A stretch of 44,756 bases of DNA, filler included, from Catajapyx aquilonaris (lineage: Eukaryota), in NCBI GenBank assembly GCA_000934665.2. It is 2 parts of 2 records of this genome, joined end to end, with 100 filler letters (N's around TTAATTAATTAA, not from the genome) between each part and the next. Parts side by side here need not be neighbours in the genome. Positions count along the whole stretch, not along the records: positions 22,417 to 44,756 come from JYFJ02005885.1; 1 more part is not named here. One strand, given 5' to 3'. The position numbers and the translations under genes were made by a program. The notes under the pieces are model-generated. The model saw only the letters and a list, made by a program, of their open reading frames with translations, did not search any database and was not told where the DNA came from. Below, piece after piece: positions 38,801 to 44,756 of the stretch (positions are counted from its first letter, which is position 1; each line of letters opens with the position of its first letter).

Positions 38801-41800
38801 GTTTTCACTCGTTTCGGGGCAGTTTCCAGCTGGGGAAATTCAATTAGGACGCAAGCTGTAGATGGCAATGAAGTGCACCGTAAGAAGCTGTGGTTTACAT
38901 GCAATTACTATTTCATCGCGTTACCGCAGATTGTTCCAACGACTTATCCTATGAATAATTCTGGCCGGCCCAAATTATGAATTCGGTGTACACTAATATT
39001 AGAGCACGGTCCAGGCCAATCCTGGCGGAAATTTTGCACGTGGCACCATTTTTCCGCCGTTTTAAGCTTTGATTGCTAAACAAACGCGGTGCAACGTCAA
39101 TTTGCAAGTAACTCATTTTTGTACCTACTTTGTGCTAAACATGCACTCAGCTTTATTGAGGTAAAAACCTGTCATTCGACTTATTATACGCGTATAGGGT
39201 AATTTTAATTTAGTTGCGGTAATTGCATGTAGTAATATTTTGTTTTGCATGCAATATTGTCCGCACCTAATATGACGGATTTACCTGTAGACGTCTCTGA
39301 TTAAGAGTAACCTGCTCCCTCTGACCTTTCCTCAGTGACACATAATTATACAGACCTAAAAGGTAACAGAAGATCTTCTTGGAACTTCTGGAACCTGTAG
39401 TTTCTTCGCTGTGTCCCAAAACATACTGTACAGAGTTCCCAAAATTAAAGGTTAGAAGCATATCAAATTGCATAGCACTGTAGCAGCATTGCATGTAATG
39501 GAGAGTTATTGTTCATTCTAGGTTACACACTAGGGGGCTGACTAATTAAGGGGAATGGCAAGATATTGCGAAAGATTTAACAAGCAAGTGTTGTCAACTC
39601 TATAGAGAAGAAGTAAACAGGATAGTATTACAGTGTGTTTGATTGGAACAAGGACAGAATTTCTTACACAAGGTTACACGGTACATGTACTGACGTCAGA
39701 AAACGTTAATGATTAACCTTTAGTCAGTTATTACTTTAACCAGAGATCTAATAGATATGGCATATTATTTAAAACAGTTTTAATCAGTGGTTAATAGTTG
39801 CCCGCGCGAACTAATCAAAAAGTAAATATCTCGACAATTTTTACGGATTATTTTGATTTTGTTCATGATGGTTCCAAACCACTTTATAACATTGTACCTG
39901 TCAAATCCTGCAGATGAAGCCATGATACCGAGAGTATGTGCCTCGTTTATAATAGAAAGTCAAGTAGACTTGGTTCGAGTGAATTTTTCTCTCTCTCCAG
40001 CCTCGTATCTGCAAGCTGTCTGTAGCGGTTGGAATAAGGCTGGTTAATGGCCAATTACGAAGGGTTGTGTAGTCTGGGTGTTTGATTAGCAGCAAGCGGA
40101 AAGCTCAACAAGCACGCCAACAGCGGATTCCACTCCTGGATTTGGCTACGTCCGGCTTCCGACATGTGCTGATGGATCCCTGCTCTACGCGCGAAAAAGT
40201 GTCACAAACTAGGCTTTTTTTTTGTACCCTCATTCATTGTTTCAGGAGACTCGATGGGTTCCATTGCAGGCACGCGCATACCTTCTGTCGGCCGGATTCT
40301 CATTGGCCTTTGGGTCCATGTTCACCAAAACCTATCGGGTGCATCGCCTCTTCACAAGAAGCCAGAGTGGTGTTGTCAAAAATAAGGTCAGTGAATGTCA
40401 TTCTTCTGCCCAGGGCAAAGCCCTGTCTGTCGTTCATTGTACTCTGGTGGCCATGACAGTCACATGCCATCCAGGTAGGCATTGGGCTAGTCCCTTCAAG
40501 CCTGTAAAGGGGAAGGTTTGCTTGGATGAGGCAGGCATGGGGGATGTGGCTGACCTTTATGGGCTTCCCTATTTTCAAGGCATGACTGAACTTGTCTACT
40601 GCCTACTTACAGTACTGCGTCACTATACAAATTTTTTAATCTGGTTATACAGGGTTCGGAAATTTAACCTAAAGTCGCTTTGGGAAATGATAGATGGGTT
40701 CTAGGCGATCGCTTTGAGTATATGCAATATGGGTCTCCGACGCATAGTTACCGAGATAATGTGCTTCAAACACAAGGTATAAAATATCCTGGCACGTATG
40801 CGTCCCTCCACGCGACATTGCCTTTTTCATTTAAATTTAAGATTACAGTGTAATTTAATTTTAATTTACGATCCTGTTAGGTGTAGCAGGGACTGTCCTA
40901 GGCCAGTGCTTCCCAAACTGTGGGTCACGACCCCATTTGGGGTCGCGAACATAATATTTGGAGTCGCGAGGGAGGGTAACGAAGTATTATTACAAATTAT
41001 TTTATCTCTCTGAAAAATATGTCCGCAAATGACAAGATGTGTTAATTTAGCGACTATTGTCATTAACTACCGCTCAGGGGGGTAGCGGTGAATTGGAAAT
41101 TAGGGGCCGCGAATTTTACGAGACGACTTTCTGGGGTCGCCAACGAAACACTGTCCTAGGCGATGGAAGTGTCGTAAGCAGTATCCGAAACCTATAAGCT
41201 GGGATAATGCACTTTTTATTTAATGCTAATTATCTCAGTAACTATACGTCGGAGACTCATGTTGCATATACACAAAGTGATCGCCTAGAACCCCTTTATC
41301 ATTTCCCAAAGCGACGGTAAATTAAATTTTCGAGCCCTGTATAATTTTGATTCGGACACTCTCTTAGTGTTTCAAAAGAGCAAACAAAGAATAGTGGAAC
41401 GTATTCGACTGTACAAGGTGATTTGCAATGATACCAACCCTTATGTAGTGCGGAATTTCGGGTCACTGAGGATCAGTTAATACAGAGGTGTGATTTGGTT
41501 GCCGCAGCTTAGCTAATGAGATAATTGCCACGACAAAAAGGGCAGTTTTTTTTTTGCACATCCAGCATTTCCATTGTCTGGACGGCTACCAGATGCACCT
41601 AATGAGCTCGCAATTAAATTAAAACTGTACGGTATTTTAAATTAAGTTTAAAAAAATCAAAGTCGCCTGGAGGGAAGCATAACTGCCAGGATATTGTATG
41701 CCTCTTGTTTGACGCCCATTATTCAGGTAACGACCAATAACGCTTACATAATGTAATCCTCTGGGCCCAGTATAGGTGTGTCGGAACCATTACAAAACAC

Positions 41801-44133
41801 CCTGTATTATTTTGGTGCCTAATTCATTGCGTTTCTGCGCAGGCCGTAAAATGCAAATTTGTGAACAGCGCTTGGCCGGTTCGATTGAATGCGGAGAAAG
41901 GATCATCCGCTAATCCGATTATCCGCAAGAGATGAGACCTCATTGGTCTTCCGGGGATGCGTGAAAAAACTAATTATTATCCCCAGCTAAGACTTCCTTT
42001 TCAACACGATCCATCCAGCATATCTGCGCCTGGCGGACCCATCTTCTTCCGAATTAAATCACATTTAATAATATTACAACATGAACTAGTAAGAGTGGAA
42101 GTGGATTATCACGGACGGGACCGGGCTTATGGGATTAAGTTCTTAGTATCCATCTATCCTAGAGTTGGGTAAAGGCCGGACCCACTTGCCAATTATCCGA
42201 TTAATTAAGAAGGATCCTGTATCGGGAGCAAGAAGCAGGATTTCAAAAGGCGGTGGGGGCGGCAGATAATTATGCAAATTTGAGCGACGGTGGCTTATGA
42301 GAAGTGGCATATAATATATTGGCGGGAAGGCCCCGGAGAAGATTGCGGATAATCCTAATCGCCTCTTCACTGTGCTTTCAAAACCGAAAAAGGAAGGAGG
42401 GTGGGGGGGGGGGGGNGAGAGTTGGGAATGTTCCTCTAGGAAGTCATCACTCAAAAGCTTCCCTCCTTTTTGAAGCTCCTTTTGTGGCTTACCCTTTTCA
42501 CCGGACCGCCTTTTTTTTATATATATTCCTTAGCTGCTGCAAGATACGCAGCTCATCTCACTGGTAGTGGGCCTGCTTCTCTTAGACTGCTTACTGGTCA
42601 CGTTGTGGGTAGCATTTGACCCGATGAGGCGCCATTTGCAGAACCTCACCATGGAGATCAGTCAGGAGGACAGGACCGTGGTTTACTTGCCACAGGTGAC
42701 GTCATTATTCTCTAACTTGAACTTCAATCTAGTTATGACTTTATTGTATTACTATCTGCGGCACCCGGTGTTGCCCGGGAAGAAATGAATAAAGGGAAAA
42801 CACCTGCCAGTTGTAGCCCCGTCAACTGTCTGTCTTTCTGTCTGTTCGCCCACCAATGCCATCTGTGGTCCTGCTACTCCAACACCTTCAACCTCTCCCG
42901 CCTGTATAACGGCAACCGTTATTTGCCTGCCATCTGTAGTCAACCCCCAACACCTCCATCCTCTCCCGGCCTAGGGGTGGAGCACAGATGGCAGGCAAAT
43001 GACAGTTGACAGGCGGACAGACAGACCGACAGACTCACAAACGGCTTTATACAGGGTGGTCCAAGTTCAAGTGTCGTTTTATAACGGCGATTAATAGCAG
43101 TGATTTTGCGATGACGTAGCAGCGACGCGTAAAATGTCCCACTTCGGCGCATCTTCGGCGCAATCGAAGTGGGCAATTTTACACGTCGCTGCTACGTCAT
43201 CGTTAAGCGCTTCTATTAATCGCCGTTATAAAACGACACTTGAACTTGGACCACCCTGTATAGATAAACTGCTGGTTTTATAATTTTATATTATATGGAA
43301 AATATTAATTAAACTTAAGAATATGAAAGAAAATAAGGATAATAAAATTTATGAAATTTGAGATGCAGTGCCAACTGGCAACAAGTGTTTCAACAATTAT
43401 TAGTTATCATTATGATTCTTAGGCTACGCTTTCATATCGGAACACCCCGCACGTTTACCTACTTTCCTAAGCTTGTATCTGCTGAAAGATAGGCATTGAT
43501 CTGATGAAGAATATGTGTGTATCCGCTGAATGATATAGGCGTGTATCCGCCGGGAAGAAAGTTTGTGCCGCGTGCTCCTACCCCTGCCACATTCGGTCTC
43601 CCGATATGAAAGTCTTTCCGATTCTTATCCGCCCCGAGTGAAAGCCTCAGAACAATAGGCTCTCTTTTTTTGTTCTAAATGAGCCACTCGATTATCCGAT
43701 TAATGACATTTTGAGACATCTCGTATTTTGTGTTGTTTTTGGCATTCTGCCGGGTTGCACCAATTGATTTTTTTTCTTCAATGAAATTGAGACCAATACT
43801 TTCCAGGGTTTAGTTTGGGAAGTCGACCGTTCGCTAATTCCATTTTATTAGCGTGGCTTCTCTCTTCAATCTCATTGCCAACTTTTGGCGCAACATTTTA
43901 AAACCGCCAATTTATGGTAACACGAGTAGTTGTAGTTTTCAGCCAGCTCATTTTAAAGTCGGAGGATAGTTTTAAGAGGTACTTTCTAATTGATAAAAAA
44001 ATATGTTGAAAATAATCATCTGCGCACAGGTGGAGGTTTGCAAATCGCAACATACATCTGAGTGGCTAGGAGCTCTCTATTTCTACAAAGGACTTCTACT
44101 TGTAGTTGGAGTCTACATGGCTTGGGAAACAAG
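26881..44133 (+). CDS. GABA-B-R3: Metabotropic GABA-B receptor subtype 3-like class C GPCR, 11 internal exons (5'- and 3'-partial)
   Basis: Phase-consistent exons 26881-27024, 32069-32239, 32307-32477, 34670-34861, 36501-36734, 36809-36869, 38259-38499, 38586-38721, 40270-40386, 42534-42695, 44030-44133 (about 577 aa). Venus-flytrap motifs (CDSGVGVDAFFHALY, GSACSEVTESLAKIVPYWNILQVSFGSTSPALSD, QTYDAVWAIAL) and 7TM motifs (IKLSSPRLNN, SAGFSLAFGSMFTKTYRVH, YKGLLLVVGVYMAWETR) closely follow the Drosophila GABA-B-R3 sequence as recalled. Confidence 0.92.
27697..28255. mobile_element. TA-flanked MITE (pogo/Tc1-mariner superfamily-like) with TIRs of about 55 bp
   Basis: TA|CCATCAAACGTGGTGAGATTGTGCCAGGTGGGGTGAGATTGTGCCAGCACATTTTT ... 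AAAAATGCGCTGGCACAATCTCACCCCACCTGGCACAATCTCACTCCAATTGACGG|TA. Each TIR has a duplicated GTGAGATTGTGCCAG. Confidence 0.8.
27873..28179 (-). mobile_element. tRNA-derived SINE nested in the MITE
   Basis: The minus strand starts with a tRNA-like head (degenerate A box TGGAGGAGGGG, B box GGATCAAATCC) and ends in an (ATT)-rich tail. It is flanked by a 15-bp direct repeat ATGGCGCATTTTTAT (27858-27872, 28180-28194). Confidence 0.72.
30262..30464 (+). repeat. 16-bp minisatellite ACTACCTTWTACCTAT, about 12.7 units, with 48-bp higher-order period
   Basis: Directly visible. Every third unit carries the TTTT variant. Confidence 0.92.
40650..41339. mobile_element. Tc1/mariner-like MITE with imperfect TIRs of about 110 bp and TA flanks
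   Basis: TA|CAGGGTTCGGAAATTTAA..GTCGCTTTGGGAAATGATA..GGGTTCTAGGCGATC.. is inverted at ..GATCGCCTAGAACCC..TATCATTTCCCAAAGCGAC..TTAAATTTTCGAGCCCTG|TA. Confidence 0.8.
40904..41153. mobile_element. hAT (Buster/Charlie-like) non-autonomous element, 250 bp, nested in the mariner-like MITE
   Basis: Perfect 8-bp TSD TCCTAGGC (40896-40903, 41154-41161), termini CAGTG...CACTG, and subterminal GGGGTCGC motifs. Confidence 0.85.
42752..43264 (-). mobile_element. Non-autonomous Helitron copy 1 (Lep1-like architecture), interrupted by a MITE
   Basis: Minus strand: 5' TC at 43264 after a host A, a (CTGT)-like microsatellite, a 3' GC hairpin CCCGG..CCGGG, and a terminal ATAG (CTAG in copy 2) before a host T. 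Highly similar to 44496-44756. Confidence 0.72.
43052..43258. mobile_element. 207-bp near-complete hairpin Tc1/mariner-type MITE, TA(TA)-flanked
   Basis: TA|CAGGGTGGTCCAAGTTCAAGTGTCGTTTTATAACGGCGATTAATAG ... CTATTAATCGCCGTTATAAAACGACACTTGAACTTGGACCACCCTG|TA. The outer roughly 46 bp are perfectly inverted and imperfect pairing continues to the centre. Confidence 0.88.
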
Positions 44134-44495
44134 GTATGCCCCCAGCACTTGTCACTAATCAAGGTGTGGTCCTATTACAACTCTTGCCATATTTAGTCAA
44201 TAGAAGTGACAAGTCGCTCGTTCACTTCCATTAGACGATTAGGGCTTGAAATACGAGGTGTGAACTTTGACAAAGGCTATTTGATTCGGCTGACAACTCA
44301 CTGTGTACAAAAGCGTGAAAGGCGCTTCATTTCTGAATCAAACTGCCATGTTGAGTCCTTTCATACAGTTCGTTGTCAAGTTTAGATGCAAAATAATAGG
44401 TCATTTTTTAAATTGAAACATCAGTCACGTTAGCAGGATTCGCTCTAATTAGTTCGTTGCCGAGTAAATTGTTCAGGCTTCTTGCTTATAAAGGA

Positions 44496-44756
44496 CTAGC
44501 TGCGGCACCCGGCGTTGCCCGGGAAGAAATGAATGAAGGGAAAACACCTGCCAGTAGCCCCGTCAACTGTCTGTCGTTCTGTGTGTCCGCCCACCAATGC
44601 CATCTGTGGTCCTGCTACTCCACCTTCAACCTCTCCCGCCTGTATAACGGCAACCGTCATTTGCCTGCCATCTGTAGTCAACCCCCAATAACTCCATCCT
44701 CTCCCGGCCTGGGGGTGGAGCACGGATGGCAGGCAAATGACGGTTGGCAGGCGGAC
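44496..44756 (-). mobile_element. Non-autonomous Helitron copy 2 (3' end; runs off the window)
   Basis: Minus strand ends ...CCCGGGCAACGCCGGGTGCCGCAGCTAG|T (hairpin + CTAG). It is a direct repeat of 42752-43020 with scattered substitutions. Confidence 0.78.

Noticed and set aside
15596..42417. Single N bases in G runs (15596, 31194, 34309, 42417)
   Set aside because: Sequencing or assembly ambiguity at homopolymers, not biology.
43429..43612. 12-bp inverted repeat CTTTCATATCGG / CCGATATGAAAG
   Set aside because: Possibly an old MITE, but no convincing termini or TSD could be defined.
17519..44133. Ligand-receptor gene pair (neuropeptide next to GPCR)
   Set aside because: The receptor is a GABA-B class C GPCR, not a known peptide receptor, and an artificial linker separates the genes.
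42752..44723. Duplicated small minus-strand ORFs (TTDGRQ.TVAVIQAGEVEG)
   Set aside because: They lie within two copies of a non-coding Helitron-like repeat.

Overview
Eukaryotic, intron-rich genomic DNA from an arthropod-like animal (GT-AG introns, TTAGG repeat, arthropod-type neuropeptide and receptor genes). Most ORF-track entries are exon fragments or noise. The window is split by an artificial 100-nt linker (44 N + TTAATTAATTAA + 44 N, 22317-22416), so the two halves may not be truly adjacent. Left half: a very compact, head-to-tail + strand cluster. It contains the last three exons (MYND finger) of an ANKMY1 duplicate, a complete 12-exon ANKMY1 (MORN + ankyrin + MYND), and three diverged 9-exon paralogs of an uncharacterised family (DUF4771-like from recall). 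The four complete genes have RFX/X-box-like motifs of varying quality 120-180 bp upstream. An NVP-like (prohormone-2/baratin-type) neuropeptide precursor follows. Right half: 11 internal exons of a GABA-B receptor subtype 3-like GPCR. Its introns hold nested non-autonomous transposons (Tc1/mariner/pogo-type MITEs, a hAT MITE, a tRNA-derived SINE, two Helitron copies), and a fossil LINE lies upstream of the first visible exon. The most interesting signals are a candidate co-regulated ciliary/sperm gene cluster, amino-acid-biased divergence of the duplicated MYND finger, and an in-frame GC-AG intron made of (TTA)n. All gene models were spliced by hand and family assignments come from recalled motifs, not database searches.
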